Source: Heteronotia binoei (Eukaryota). From it: DNA of 64,000 bases. Below the pieces are notes generated by a model. The model saw nothing but the letters and a program-made list of their open reading frames with translations. It was not told the origin of the DNA and searched no databases. Each line of letters begins with the position of its first letter. Within the stretch, counting starts at the first letter, position 1. Shown piece after piece: positions 1-13,166 of the stretch. Both the position numbers and the translations under genes were made by a program. The stretch is from assembly GCF_032191835.1 (NCBI RefSeq), contig NC_083243.1, forward strand, positions 7,564,001-7,628,000. Reading direction: 5' to 3'.

Positions 1-40
1 GGATCTGATTTGAGGGGGCCTTGCGTGCCTGATCACTGAA

Positions 41-81
41 CTATTATTATTATTATCATTATTATTGTTATTGTTATTAAT
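41..81. repeat. (TAT/TGT)n microsatellite
   Basis: Direct reading. Confidence 0.85.
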
Positions 82-1120
82 AATAGTTTATTTGTATTCT
101 GCCTATTTCCCCATAGGGGCTCAGGATGCTGAGCAATAGCTGAACTCTCCGTTTTTAGACTACATGGAGACCAGGGCTACCTTGATGTCAGATATGCCCA
201 CAAAACATCATGATTTGTTTTTATTAAGCACTTCTAACTGAATCTAACTTATGATATGATTTCTGTAAAAGCATTAATGTGCTAAAATCAGCTATTGGAA
301 TAGATATTTATTGTACTGCTATGTTTATTCTTCTACTGTTGAAATTTGTGTTGATAATGGTATATGATAGTTTTTAAAAAAAAATGTTGGGAGTTCAGGA
401 AATAATATCTCCATCTTCTTGTCTGTTCATGCTATCAGTCTAGTACCTGGACTGTATACTTCTGATTGTATAAGCTGGTTTTGTACAAGAGGTGTTCATA
501 CATGCCTGTCTGTCAATCATGGTTATGGTTTGGTACTCCAAATCTACCAGCCTTGAAATTGTTTTGCTTCATCTTTTCATACCTCATTCTACTTTAAAAA
601 AAAAAGAATCAGCTGCTGTACTAAAAACAATTCTGCACATTTTATCTTCATGCAATAATAAGTGAATCTTGAAAGAGGAACCTAATGCATAAGATAAAAG
701 TTTTTGATGGGGGTTAAAAAAATCCTCCTTTCCTCTTAGACATCTATCTCACATGACTGTTTCCTTTTCGTACAGTTGATGATGTCTGATCAAATGCAGG
801 GCACGTACTCCTAGGGTTGATATAGGCAATGCCAAACATAATATCTGTAACGTCTGTCATAGGAATAGATCTGCACAAATTTTGCATGTTGGCAACGGAT
901 TCTGAGGAGAAATGTGAGCTTTTGCTTCAGAACACTATTCCTTGGCCTGTGAGCTGAATTAGTATTATGGCAAACCTTTGAGATCTGCATGAGGGAGACA
1001 GAACAGACCTAGAGATAAATTTCTGGACAGATTAATCATGATGACAGAGTGGTATTTATCTCACTCTTCCTTAAGGCCCATGGTTCTTCCCTACTTCATT
1101 TTTGATTGTTTAAAACATTA

Positions 1121-1342
1121 GGGGGAGGGCCAGCGGCTTAGTGGTAGAGCATCTGCTTGGTAAGCAGAAAGTCCCTGGTTCTAATGCCCGGCATCTCCAA
1201 GTAAAAAGGGTCCAGGCAAATAGGTGTGAAAAACCTCAGCTTGAGACCCTGGAGAGCCACTGCCAGTCTGAGTAGTCAATACTGACTTTGATGGATTGAG
1301 GGTCTGATTCAGTAGAAGGCAGCTTCATATGTTCATATGTTC
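1121..1342 (+). mobile_element. tRNA-headed SINE with CR1-like tail (other copies 11428-11581 -, 19260-19385 -, 34163-34380 +, 56543-56749 -, 61400-61592 +)
   Basis: Head ggctcagtggtagagcatctgcttg..ggttcaatcc; tail ctgattcagtataaggcagcttcatatgttc shared among copies. Confidence 0.78.
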
Positions 1343-1404
1343 TTAGTAGCTACTTTTCTCCCTTGCAGAACTCAAAGGCAGCTTACAATATACACGACAG
1401 TCCT

Positions 1405-1534
1405 CAGGGCTTTTTTTTTTTTTTTTTGAGCAGGAATGCACAGGAACAGAATTCCAGCTGGCTTGGTGTCAGGGAGTGTGGCCTAATAGGCAAATAAGTT
1501 CCTACTGGACTTTTTCTACAAAAAAAAAGCCCTC
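1405..1534. mobile_element. hAT-type MITE, CAGGGCTTTT family
   Basis: TIRs cagggcttttt / aaaaagccct; TSD ACAGTCCT / ACAGTCTT (7/8). Confidence 0.75.
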
Positions 1535-1549
1535 ACAGTCTTATTGAGA

Positions 1550-1827
1550 GAGAGCCAGTTTGGTGTAGTGGTTAAGTGCGCGGACTCTTATCTTGGAAAA
1601 CTGGGTTTGATTCCCCAATCTTCCACTTGCACCTGCTGGAATGGCCTTGGGTCAGCCATAGCTCTGGCACAGGTTGTCCTTGAAAGGGTAGCTGCTGTGA
1701 GAGCCCTCTCAGCCCCCACCCACCTCACAGAGTGTCTGTTGTGGGGAAGGAAGCTAAAGGAGATTGTGAGCCACTCTGAGATTCAGAGTGGAGGGCAGAA
1801 TTTAAATCCAATATCATCATCATCATC
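1550..1827 (+). mobile_element. Squam3-like tRNA-derived SINE
   Basis: Head gagagccagtttggtgtagtggttaag with A/B-box-like motifs, body shared with six other copies, (cat)n tail. Confidence 0.8.
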
Positions 1828-2529
1828 TAGGATCAACCTGTAGCTACACGAAGGACTACCCATATGCATAATCCCCCCCTCCCTTTGGGAAGTCTTATGG
1901 TTCCAAGCAACCCCAAAGTATAGTAAGTGACCATCAAATTTCAAAATTCAGTAGCAAGGACAGAACAGAGAGGTCTGTACATGTTCTTCTCAGCCTCCTA
2001 GAATGCCCTTTAGGGAGAAAACATGAGATATAATATTTCCAGGAAGTAGACGAGGATGCAACGTTAACTTTCCTCATGTATAACAGTAGTTAAAGCAAAA
2101 GGAAGTGCTTTGGCCAGCACACAGCGAATCTGTGAAATTCTGTGCCCTGGGCTATTGTAAAAGTTAAGAGAAGAAGGTTTTGCCATTGACCCATGTTGTT
2201 CATGGAATGTAACTTCCTGTCCAGAATGCCTGTATAGTGTCAACTATTAGGATAGTGAGTGAGGGGGAAAGAGAGTTATATCATCTCTCTCCTTAGCTTC
2301 TATTATTGGCCATTGCTGGAAGTAGGATACAAGGTTAGAAGGGCAGTTGGCCTAGTACAGTGCATGCTAGCTGGGGATTTCTCAGCCTATTGGTGGTAGC
2401 TTTCTGTTCCAGTAACTCTTTTCCACTTTTTCCCATCTGTTAGTTGCACATACAAGATGTGATTGATATGGCTGAACAGTCTTTCCTGGGTAAAACAGAC
2501 TTTATATTACCTTTTAACTGGTTATTACC

Positions 2530-3070
2530 TTTAAAGCCCTATATGGCCAGGATCCTGCATACTTTAGGGACCGCCTTTCCCTGCATATGCCCTAGTGAGC
2601 ACTTTGGTCTGGGTCTCAAAACCTGTTGACAGTTCCCAGCATCAGAGAAGTGAGGCTTAAATCAACAAGAGCCAGGGCCTTTTCCGTTGCTGCCCCTAGC
2701 TGGTGGAATGAGCTGCCGGAAGAGATCAGGGCCCTGCGAGAGCTTCCACAGTACTGCAGGGCCTGCAAAATGGCACTCTTCCGCCATGCATCTGCAGCAG
2801 CGGGATTGGCCCATAGAAACATCGTTGATGGTCTACCTCTTCATGTTATCGCGATCCTAGGAGCTCTTAGAATGGCTAACCATCATCCAGATCACTGCCT
2901 GAAACCTTGATACCAGTGTAAGTAGATGTTTTTAGAAATCGTTTTTATGTTTCGTGTTTTTATTGTTGTTTTATTTTATTTGGTTACACAACGTAACTGT
3001 GTGACCTCAAATTTGTGAGCTGCCCTGAGCCTGCCTTGGCGGGGAGGACAGGATATAAATCAAATAAATA
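2530..3070 (+). mobile_element. L2 LINE 3' fragment
   Basis: LTVPSIREVRLKSTRARAFSVAAPSWWNELP..CRACK; tail tgtgagctgccctgag..gatataaatcaaataaata. Confidence 0.8.
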
Positions 3071-3196
3071 TATAAAATATACAAAGGGCACAAAGAGGCG
3101 TGACTGGTGATTAATAAAAGACCTGTAGCCAAGCATTGTAAAAAAGCAGAACAGACGTTAATTACCTCTGTGGATATTTGCATCTTACGTTGGTAG

Positions 3197-3290
3197 TGTT
3201 CTGAAGAAGTGTGCATGCATACAGAAGCTTATACCTTGAATAATGAACTTCGATGTTCTTAAAGGTGTCACAGTATCAAACTTTAATCTT
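3197..3290 (+). mobile_element. Penelope-derived terminus with degenerate hammerhead motif (similar remnants 13755-13890, 48515-48640, 49052-49150)
   Basis: ctgaagaagtgtgcatgcatacagaagcttatac followed by a ttaaaggtg tail. Confidence 0.6.
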
Positions 3291-3369
3291 TCATGTTGCT
3301 TGCCTTATTCATTGTGTAGTCCACGTAACAGTTCAGTCTCCTGGCATTCATAAGTTCCATGTGCTAAAG

Positions 3370-3674
3370 CAGAGATGGCCAAACTTGTTTAACAAGAGCC
3401 ACATAGAATAAATGTCAGATGTTTGTGAGCCACAATACATGAACAGCAGGTGTTTGAGAGCTGCAAGACAGGAAGGACGGAAGGAAGGAAATGGGGAAAG
3501 AATGGAGAGGTGGAAAGAAAGCAGCTTTAACTTTAAATGCGTTTTCCAAGCTTCCAGGTGGCTTAGCTTGGAGAAGTGATTTGAAATGCCTTCCCCAAGC
3601 CAGCTGACAAGGTGTTGGGAGGGCTTCAGGAGCCACACAATACGTGTGAAAGAGCCACAGTTTGGCCACCCCTG
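3370..3674. mobile_element. Non-autonomous hAT (Charlie/Buster-like) element
   Basis: TIRs cagagatggccaaact / agtttggccacccctg; perfect TSD TGCTAAAG; related copy at 48257-48508. Confidence 0.87.
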
Positions 3675-3906
3675 TGCTAAAGAATTTCATCTCATTCCAG
3701 GCCTTTGCAAACAGGCAAATTCCCAAAACAAGGGGTAATAGGTACCATTAGATAAGCGTCCTACAGACATAGCAACTGATGACAGTTTTTCTAGCCAAAG
3801 AAATTACTTCTCTGAGTGTCTGGATGCTATGTGGTTTCCCTGACTGCCCCCCTCCGATGGCAAGATGTGTTGTTTAATCCGTGATTTCATATCCTTGCTC
3901 TCCTAG

Positions 3907-4140
3907 ATGTCAAAAAAGATTGGTCTGACCATGCCTTGTGGTGGGAAAAGAAGAAAACCTGGCTCCTTAAAACCCACTGGACCTTGGATAAGTATGGGAT
4001 ACAGGCCGATGCCAAGCTGCAGTTCACTCCCCAGCACAAACTGCTCCGGCTCCAGCTCCCGAACATGAAGTACGTGAAGGTGAAAGTGAACTTCTCTGAC
4101 AGAGTCTTCAAAGCTGTATCTGACATCTGCAAAACCTTCA
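3907..4140 (+). CDS. FERMT2: Kindlin-2 coding exon (equivalent to human exon 3; F0/F1 region), 234 bp, phase 1-1
   Basis: Translates (D)[77 protein letters not shown]; acceptor ag at 3905-3906, donor gtgagt at 4141. Confidence 0.97.
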
Positions 4141-6460
4141 GTGAGTATCTGCTACTGAAGCTGATAAGCGTTGCCTCTTAATGTGACAAGCAGTTAGCTG
4201 CTATATGTGGCCTCACATCGGAAGCGAGCATGGATGTTTTAATCAGTCTTTCTTTGTCTTGGCTGATTAATTTGCTGTGACTTAGGTGTCATGAGATACT
4301 GTTGTAACAGGAAGAATGGATAACTATCAGCTCGATGGAAATGTGTAAGCTAAATAGTAGTGAAATGAAGGATGTGGAGGAACTTCGAAGTCACCTCTGA
4401 TTGCCTGCAGTAATTCTTAAGCTTTTGTTTCCAGGCTTGTGATTTGTTTTAGTCTTTGCCTGTCTCAGAGTGAAATGTATTGCCTGCAGTTCAGGATACA
4501 GGTCTCAGAAGGAAGACATGGGTTGATTTAATGGCTGCTCATGTTATAAAAGGTACTGTTGGTACCTAAAGCATGGTGAAAGCAGAGATTTCCCTATGAA
4601 GTTTCTGGGCAAAAAGGGTGCTCTCCAGATGAACAGTTGCAGGTTCCTAGACTGATACCTTCCTTATATATTCAGCCTAGAGTCCCTCTCACCCCTGCTG
4701 GCACAAAGCTGTTTGGGAGAGGAAGATAACATATAGTCAGGCATGTGGAATAATGAGTTACAGTGATTTAAAATTGTGCTCGTTGGAAATGTATTCTTGA
4801 GGATTGGTGGAATAATGCAGGTTCAGTGGTCTCATTTGGTAAAGGAGTTCTTTTGTTCCAATGCTCTGTGTGCTGTTGGCACCCCACCGGATTTTGGCGA
4901 CAGGCACTTCTATTGATTTTTGTAATGGTTCTTGTATAGGAATTGAAGGTGTGATTTTTAAAAAAGAAAGATGTTGGAGTACCAAGTGAAAGACTAGTGT
5001 GTGAAGAAAAGGGCTATAGATGTCAGTATTGTGTACTGTATCTCTCTGAATGATTATTTTACAAATCATAGTTGCATCAAGATTAATTTTGCTTATCCAG
5101 CAATAAGACAGTCTACAAGCCAATGAAGTTACAACATTACAGTGAAGATCCAGTTTACACATGACGTTAGAATGCCATGATTGTAATTTTTGATGTATAA
5201 TTTGCCTCTGAGGGATCTTGGCTTCACATGTTTATCCAGTCCCCTCTTCAAGCTGTCTATGCTTGTAGCCCCACCACTTCTGTGACAGTGAATTCCACGT
5301 GTCAATTGCTCTTTGGGTGAAGGGGTACTCCATATGAATCTTGATGGAGAAATTTCATTGATCAGGTGAAAATGATGGACCATGGAATTATAGCTTTTTG
5401 TTGTTCATTTTTAAAAGTCTGCTAATCTTCTTGGACTCAGTGTTTCCCTGTTCTACTTGTCTGTGGAGCGCTAGGTTCTGTGCTATTGATTAGCAGTGAC
5501 TGATGATCACACTGTGAAGGGAGAATGCTTGTGTGTAGAGTGGGAGTCTCTTCCCCCCATTATTCTGTGATGAGGAAAATCTTTGCAGCCCATTAGTTCT
5601 TAATAAAATGGGCTTTGCTGTTTTCTTTAAGAAGCAACCTGTGGTTGTAGGTATGAGCTTAGAATGATGGGAACAATTTCTGGTGCACCTGGTCTATCTA
5701 TAGGATACTGCTATCTTTAGCAAAGTAACCTGCTCACTTCTTCAGTTAGCATTTTCTTATAACTACTAGTGTCAATTTTTAAACTGATGTCTCTTGGTTC
5801 AAGCCTGTTTAAAAGGAAACCAACGCAGGAGTGTGCAGTTGGAATCTGCAACTTGAACTTTGTTGTAAGAAATCTATTTTTGCTTTTAAAATAAAAATGG
5901 GTTACTCTTGGCTGACCTATTTCTGTCAGTAGGCAGGAAGTGAGCCGCTGTAGGTAAACTATTATGGCATGGCAGCAATCTCATCAAATGGATTCCTGAT
6001 TTAAAACCACTATCCCCTTCCCTAATAAAACATTGAAAAACAGTACTCTGGTTTCTATTAGATACCATCTCTCTGCACACTTCTTAAGGTAGTCATCTGA
6101 AGGGGTAACGGAGGCCTAAGAAAGGAAAACAAAACTGCACTGCATTACAATATTTTGTTATAAAAATAACATACTGTTCTGAGTTCATTCTAAAGCCAGA
6201 ACTCATGGGTAATCGATCCAAAATATGCCCAGATCTACATTATGGCGTGTCCTCAGTAGCAGGGTGTTCATAGTAGTGAGTGGGGTAACCCCTAAGAACT
6301 ATTTGAGAGAGTAAGAGTGCAGTCTAATATACTAGTGTGGTAACTTTCTCAAATGATTGTAATGGGATATATGCAAAGGGGTGGTCTCTAAGGAATTATT
6401 TATTTAAACCTTTATATTCCACCTTTCCTTGTGGTTCATGGTGGTTTACAATAATAATTA

Positions 6461-6725
6461 AAGTTTTATTCAAGGTATAAGCTTTTGTGTGCATGCACAT
6501 GTCTTCAGATAGTCATCTGATTAGTCAATTTTTATTCAGGTGGGTAGCCTGGATAGCCTTCTTACTCTGGATGTTCAGATAGCCATCTGAAAATGCATTG
6601 TATCTGAAGAAGTGTGCATGCACAGGAAAGCTTATACCCAGAATTAAACTTGGTTGGTCTTAAAGATACCTGTGGATTCAAATATTGTTCTTCTTCTTTA
6701 GACCAACATGGCTACTCACCTGAAT
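6461..6725. mobile_element. Inverted pair of Penelope-derived termini (minus motif 6475-6512, plus motif 6600-6637)
   Basis: Both arms share the motif plus an aataaaact / ttggttggtcttaaag tail. Confidence 0.72.
6600..6637 (+). ncRNA. Penelope-type minimal type I hammerhead ribozyme motif (best-preserved copy, one stem II mismatch)
   Basis: GTAT-CTGAAGA-A-GTGTG CATG CACAG-GAAA-GC-TT-ATAC: stem I GTAT/ATAC, conserved core, GAAA and UH site; C11.1 changed to G. Confidence 0.65.
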
Positions 6726-6817
6726 AATAGTTAAAACATCCCTAGCCAAAACCAAACATAAAATAGCAAGCCCCAAATTCCCCCTTCAAAAGATGGCTAC
6801 CATTCAGCTCCCCTCAA

Positions 6818-7087
6818 GAGAAGAAGACTGTAGATTTATACCCCACCCTTCTCTCTGAATCAGAGTCTCAGAGCGGCTTACAATCTCCTTTATCTTCCTC
6901 CCCCACAACAGACACTCTGTGACTGGTGGGTGAGGCTGAGAGGGCTCTCACAGCAGCTACCCTTTCAAGGACAACCTGTGCCAGAGCTATGGCTGACCCA
7001 AGGCCGTTCCAGCAGCTGCCAGTGGAGGAGTGGGGAATCAAACCTGGTTCTCCCAGATAAGAGTCCGCGCACTTAACCACTACACCA
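6818..7087 (-). mobile_element. Squam3-like SINE
   Basis: Reverse complement of the same family; (ctt)-type tail. Confidence 0.8.
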
Positions 7088-8253
7088 CAGTGGCCCAAAT
7101 TGACAGGCCTTGCAGGGCCTCCTGAAGATCTCCAAGGAGGGAGGGCCCCCATCTCTTCAGGGGGCTCATTCCAGAGTGCTGGAGCCACGATGGAAAAGAC
7201 CCAGGCTCAGGTTAATTCTGTACAGGCCGTCCTAAGTGGTGGGATAGTCAGTAGTCAGCTGCCTGACAGCTATAGTTGATGCATCGGGACATATTGAAGG
7301 AGACAGTCTGAGAAACTTCCATGTAGAACCAGCCTGAAATAATTTCCCACAATCTCTTTGTCCTGTTCCTACCCTCTCAGAGGATAAAGCCATCCTTCCA
7401 TAGGAGCAGAGCTAAAACAAAACCTTTTAACCCATATGTGTTGTGGGGTTCTTTTAGGTGGGAGTCTAGCCTTTAGAGAAATGTTTATTTTTGCTGTACT
7501 TCCATTAAGTAAGACTACCGGTATTTGTGATGTAATGTGTGATATTCCCTTTTTCTGATGCAGGGAGGACAAAACAAAGAACTTCCTCTCCTTCAAAGAT
7601 TTCATCAAATTTCTAACTATTACATGATGAATCATACCACTGTCCAGAAACCAAGGGGATTTCATAAGGGTGTCTCATTGTCCTCTTTTGGTTCCAGAAA
7701 CTTACTGTCCCCCATTGTTAGAAGAAAGTTCCATATTCTTGCACACCCACACAAACACACATTTCTAACTCTGGATGCTTGCTTGGTGATTAGAATTAAG
7801 ATATTGATCTTAAATACTACAACTGCCTCTGCAACTTAGGAACAGTTTTGAGCTATGTAGCAAATATTTACTCACCATGTAAACACCTCTTCTGTTTAAT
7901 ACCCTACAAGTAGATGTTTTTAGGGTGGTGTGTTTAACAAACAGCTTTCAGAAGTTTAGGTTAGTATGCACTTGAATTTTATACAACTTTCTCATTCTTT
8001 CCCGTGCCTACTCATCAGGCTCCTAGCAGTGGACTTTGTACCCTAAAATTCTTTGGAAATGAAGTAGCTGCAACACAAAAACACCTTATGGAACCTTTAA
8101 GCAAAGAGGAATGTAAATAGAATGTTCAGAAACTTGGGGGGGGGGACTTCCTTTACTTTTAGGGTCCTTTACTTGAATTAACTGTGACTCCCATGAGACG
8201 GGTAAGTAAAACTCCATTGTGTTAGTGACGCTTGCTAAAGTCCTGCATCCTGT

Positions 8254-8598
8254 TGGGTACTTCTTCACCCAAAGGGTGATTAACACGTGGAATTCACTGC
8301 CAGAGGAGGTGGTGGCGGCTACAAGCATAGACTGCTTCAAGAGGGGATTGGATAAACATCTGGAGCAGAGGTCCATCAGTGGCTATTAGCCACAGCGTAT
8401 TGTTGGAACTCTCTGTCTGGGGCAAGTGATGCTCTGTATTCTTGGTGCTTGTGAGGGGCAATAGTGTGAGAACTTCTAGTCTCTTGGCCCCACTGGTGGA
8501 CCTCCTGATGGCACCTGGGTTTTTTGGCCACTGGGTGACAGAGTGTTGATTGAATGGGCCATTGGCCTGATCCAACATGGCTTCTCTTATGTTCTTAT
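8254..8598 (+). mobile_element. CR1 LINE 3' end (related pieces 5221-5330 -, 35410-35600 +, 36970-37370 +, 40580-40915 +, 61780-62160 +, 63340-63590 +)
   Basis: ttcttcacccaaagggtgattaacacgtggaattcactgcc ... ggcctgatccaacatggcttctcttatgttctta. Confidence 0.8.
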
Positions 8599-11500
8599 CC
8601 TCCTAGACAGCAAATAAATGGATAGAGTGGATGAAAGAAAATCCATCCTCTAAAGGCATTCTAGTCCGCAGGGCGCATTTTCCCTTCCACACCATGAAGT
8701 GTGTTGCTTTGTTCGTAAGCCATTATTAGCTAGCCTGGGGCGCCCTATTTGGCTTGTCTAGCACGCTTATTCAGTCATGTCGTCATAAGGCCACTCCCTG
8801 TACTGTTTGTGTGGCACATGGTTTGGGGTAATGTGAAAATAATAGTGTATAATGTTGGCGCTACAATAGGACTTGAGAGCTGATTGTTGAACTCTTGAAA
8901 CATACACAAGAGAGGGGGGGTTGGCAATGAACTTTAGCGGTTGGTTATAATATTTATTTTCATCTTGCTGAAGCATGGTGGATGTTAACTTCGCAGAGCA
9001 AAAAGAATCACTTCTTTTCCATTTGAAGGAGTAGCTGTCACGATGGGTAGAAGCTGAAGAATCAGGCAGCAGATGTCAAAACTTACTTTGGCCTTTAATA
9101 TTAAGAAATATCACTTTGATAGTTCTGTATTGATAACTTTTTAGTATGCTTGGCTGTGTGTCTTTTAAGATGTTTATCTCAAATACTGTATCGTTGGCAA
9201 TCGCCTAAGTACCACTGCAATTTGTGTGAAAGTCCAATCCCTGGGAAAACTCAGACTTCCCTTTTTTATTTCTCTGAAGGTAGCTGCCAATACAATTTCT
9301 TCTGAAACTGAGAACATGTGTGGTGACTTTAAAAAAGAAAGAAAGAAACTTGATACTTAAAGCCATACTCTATTTTACTGGAAAGAAGGCTGGCCTTTTT
9401 TCATATGTGTTGTCAAGAAAAAGTTGTCTTAAATTCACATGCAAGGTACAGTTATGTACAGTAATAAAAAACCCTTTTTGTGTATATCCTTTAGTTGGGG
9501 TAGCCTTGGAATTATGGTAGACTTTCTTTTAAGTTAATATGGTGTTTAGCATTTGGTGTTCATGCAGACTTTTGTAGTCTCTGACAGAGCGACGGTTCCT
9601 CCCATCCCTGTGAAGAAGAAACCAAATAGCAATTCAAAATTATTTGTGTGTGGGGGGGGGGAAGGTGTGTGGGATCTACTTGTGCTTGTTTTAAATGGAG
9701 ACACTCATGAACTGTATCTCATGAACTTTCCTAACATTTCTTGTTCCCAGTGTATTGGTGGTTTCTTTCTTTACGAGAGTGGCAGTAACAAGATTTTTGG
9801 CCCTGTGTTTATTTCCTGCACAGGAGAGCTTTGCCTGACATCTGATCCCATTGCCTGGGAGAGCTCTCTCCCTCCCCCCTCCCTTCTGTTACTCAGAAAA
9901 CTTGTAAAACTGAAGAAAAATAGGACTGGGAGTCTAAAAATACCAGCCCTGAATATTTTTGGATATTTCCCAATATTTCTGGAATTTTTCAAGGATCCAT
10001 ATCTGGTATTCTTGACAGGGTATGGGCTTTTGGAGTCATTGCGCACTTCTTCAGTTACCCATTCTGATCTATCGGTATTCTTGAGAATCCCAAGTATTAC
10101 CTGGATATCCCTGGAAAATACCACTAAGAGGTGGGTGTCTGTATGTGTATAAAATTTGGATCAGAAATATCCGAATGTATTTCCTTGGATGTTTGTTGAA
10201 AGTAAACTATTTTATTTGAAACTTTGCCTTTAAATGTCTGCTAATGTTGACTTGCAGAGAATTTGGCAGAGTGAGACCTAGCTTTGACACTATGCTACTT
10301 TTTCTCAGTGCTGTGCTGCTTTTCCTCAACACTAAACTCCAAGGCAACTCTTTCTATATGGCAGAAGCACTATAAAATGAGTACATTGTAAAGCTGAACG
10401 GGTTGGCTTCCAAGTACAGTTCTAGCCTTCTTCCCAATCAAGATGGCTTGAAGGGGCTGAGTGTGGCGGTTTCAATACAGTTGGTAGACTTCATTTCCCT
10501 TGGCTCATATGCCAGAACACTGGCAGCTTTGTTGGCTCTGAAAGCTGAAATATGCAGTAGGCTGGCTTACAAAGTCTGGACAAAAGCCACTGGTCGCAGT
10601 ATATTTATTAGGGAGGCACTGAAGCCTGAATACATCAATACTTCCTAGAATGCTAATTAAGGGTGGGTGAGAGACAGCGGGTTTTTTTTTCTTATTCAAT
10701 ATTAAGGCCTTTTCAAGTAGAAAAGTAAAAGATTACCAGTTGTTGACAATGTGCTGTTTCTCTTAATTGTGCTTGCAAGATTCTTTCTCTTCCACGTACC
10801 ATGTAGGCCATAATAATATAAGAAAACTCTCTTCAGTAAGTGTTTTTCTTACCCCAGCCACTCCCTTGCATCTTTCTACTTTTTGATGTTCTGCTGCCAG
10901 TTTCCCACTTCCAGCTATGCTGATTATTTTTGGTGGTCACCATGCAGTTGGAGTCTGCAGAACAGCTTATTAGCATTCTAGATCTGGTAACTGGCATCTG
11001 AGTTCCCTCTCTTGGAAAGGAAATGTGTAATAGTATGGGCATACTTTGAGAGCTGGGGCAAATAGCATTGCACTTGGTTATTTTTTTGCGTTTTTTGATT
11101 GTTTCAAAAGCAGCAGAAGCATTGTTCTCCAGGAGTGATAGAGCATTGCTTTCTGTTGTAATAAGTTCTTTTTCCTCAGCTCCCTGCATGCCTGCGACAT
11201 AGCAAACCTTCTTTAAAATGTTTTGTATTATGAATTTGCAGTGAGAGGTTCCTACAGCTGTCATGTTTAGCATTAGTTTTGGGTGAACTGCCCAAGGAGT
11301 CTCCTGTCCACTCCCCCAAGTTCACCAACCAATCCTGCTGTAATAATTTGTCAGTAGCAATATCTGACCAGTCAGTGGGCTCTTGGGTAGTTCAGGCAGG
11401 CCATCTCCTATATTCTGAACACACATGAAACTGAATCATGCTATCAGTCCCATCAGGGAATCAGCTCTCCAGGGTCTCAGGCTGAGGCCTTTCACATCAC

Positions 11501-12309
11501 CTGCTGCCAAGTCTTTTTAACTAGAGATGCCAGGGGTTGAACCTTCATGTCAAGCAGATATTCTACCACTGAGCCACGGTCTTCTCTGCTTGCCCCATTA
11601 GCCCAGCCTGCACTTGGTATCAAAAACAACAGGCCACACTTCAGCATCTTCCAGTTTGACTTCTTCCTATTATCTCTCTATCAGAGGTTTGCTTCTCAGA
11701 CCTGACATGCCACCTTCTTCCAAGGTTGTGACATCAAGTGCCTCTCAAAGAAGGTGTCCTCAAAACATTTAAAGGATTATGAATTTGCAGCTTGTGGTTC
11801 ATCCACCTCTTTGGGATGAACCCGTGAAAACAAAATAGCATAACAATTTGGATTGGTCCCCATATTTCAGGGGTTTGAGCAATGTCCAGTCTGATTCTAG
11901 CAATCCTGTTACTTGCCTCTGGTTTCTGCAGTGACTGCTCAGTTCCTTCCTGATGAAATCACCATTCCTTGCTCCTGCATGATGGCTTATGCCAGAGCCT
12001 GTTGTGGATGGGGTATGTCAGTTCTTACCTGTATGTATAATTAATACACCCTTAGGTATTTCCTTATATCTCTTCTAAGAACTTTTATAGACTCTGACTG
12101 TTCCCCTGTCCTCCTGGCGTGAGGATATAACAGAGGCTTCCAGAATTCAGCCTTGACATGCTCATAAGCTAAAATAATCAGTGCAGTTGTTTACGTAGAC
12201 ACAACCTCAGTACCATCCAAAAAGAGTGAATCAGTTGTAGTTTGAAAGAAGTGACAGTAGTCTTCAAGCCTTCCATCAGCAACAGGGAAATAAGCAGATT
12301 TTCTCCCAA

Positions 12310-12456
12310 CGTGTGTGCGAAGCGCCATCAAGTCACTTTTGACTTATGTTAACCTTATGAATTAATGACTGAACATCCTTTTATTAAAAGTTTTGCTCGG
12401 GTCCTGCTAACCTGAGGGCTGCGGCTTCCTTGATGGAGTAAATCCATCTCATGTTT
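12310..12456 (-). mobile_element. RTE-type LINE/SINE 3' end
   Basis: gcgccatcaagtcacttttgacttatg..gcggcttccttgatggagtaaatccatctc. Confidence 0.5.
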
Positions 12457-13166
12457 CTCAGAGTAGGAGCATATAAAATCTGATCAATCAGTGCAGCAAA
12501 ATGAGATGTTGGAGTCCTGCAACGGAGTGGACTGAACTACTTTAGGCTGCAGGCGGGATCACTTTTGTGTATTTGTGTTTTCTGTTAATGCAGAAGAAGG
12601 CTTAACAAAACACCAGCCACCTACCTGCAGAAGGAAAATTAGCACAGTAGGAAGCAGGTGGATTAGCACTTTTCTCTCCATTGTGTTCTTGTCTTTATAG
12701 CTGGTAGTTTGTTTGTTTGTTTGTTTAACAATGGAGCATTTTTTTAAAACCCCCACCTACAACAGTAGTTCATTCCCTTGAATGGGCAGACCAGGACAAA
12801 GCAAGGCAAACTTGCTGTTGTGTCCAGCAGCATAAAATCAGATTCAGCTTTAGGAAAGTTGCCTCTGAATGTGCCATGTGTCCCTACCTCTGCAAGCCTT
12901 CAAGAGGCTTGCTTTCATGGTAGCCCATGCAGGCTGTTGGTGGCATGGTTGTGTTGAATAGCAAAATAAAATGGAAGTCCAGCGGCACCTTAAGGGTTTA
13001 CACAGTGTCGATGCCAGTAGGATCTTGAATCCAGGTTCAGTCCTCAGCATCTCCTGCCAAAAGGACCTGGTTGTAGGTGATGTGAAATATCTTTCTCTGC
13101 CTGAGACCTGGGAGAGCCCCACTGCCAGTCTGAGCAGACGATACTTTTTCCGGGGGGGGGGGTTAT

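Noticed and set aside
1121-1200. tRNA genes at SINE heads
   Set aside because: No complete cloverleaf or terminator; each continues into a shared SINE body
9553-10152. 199-aa ORF as a novel gene
   Set aside because: TTG start, no recognisable motif, low-complexity composition; overlaps probable repeat remnants
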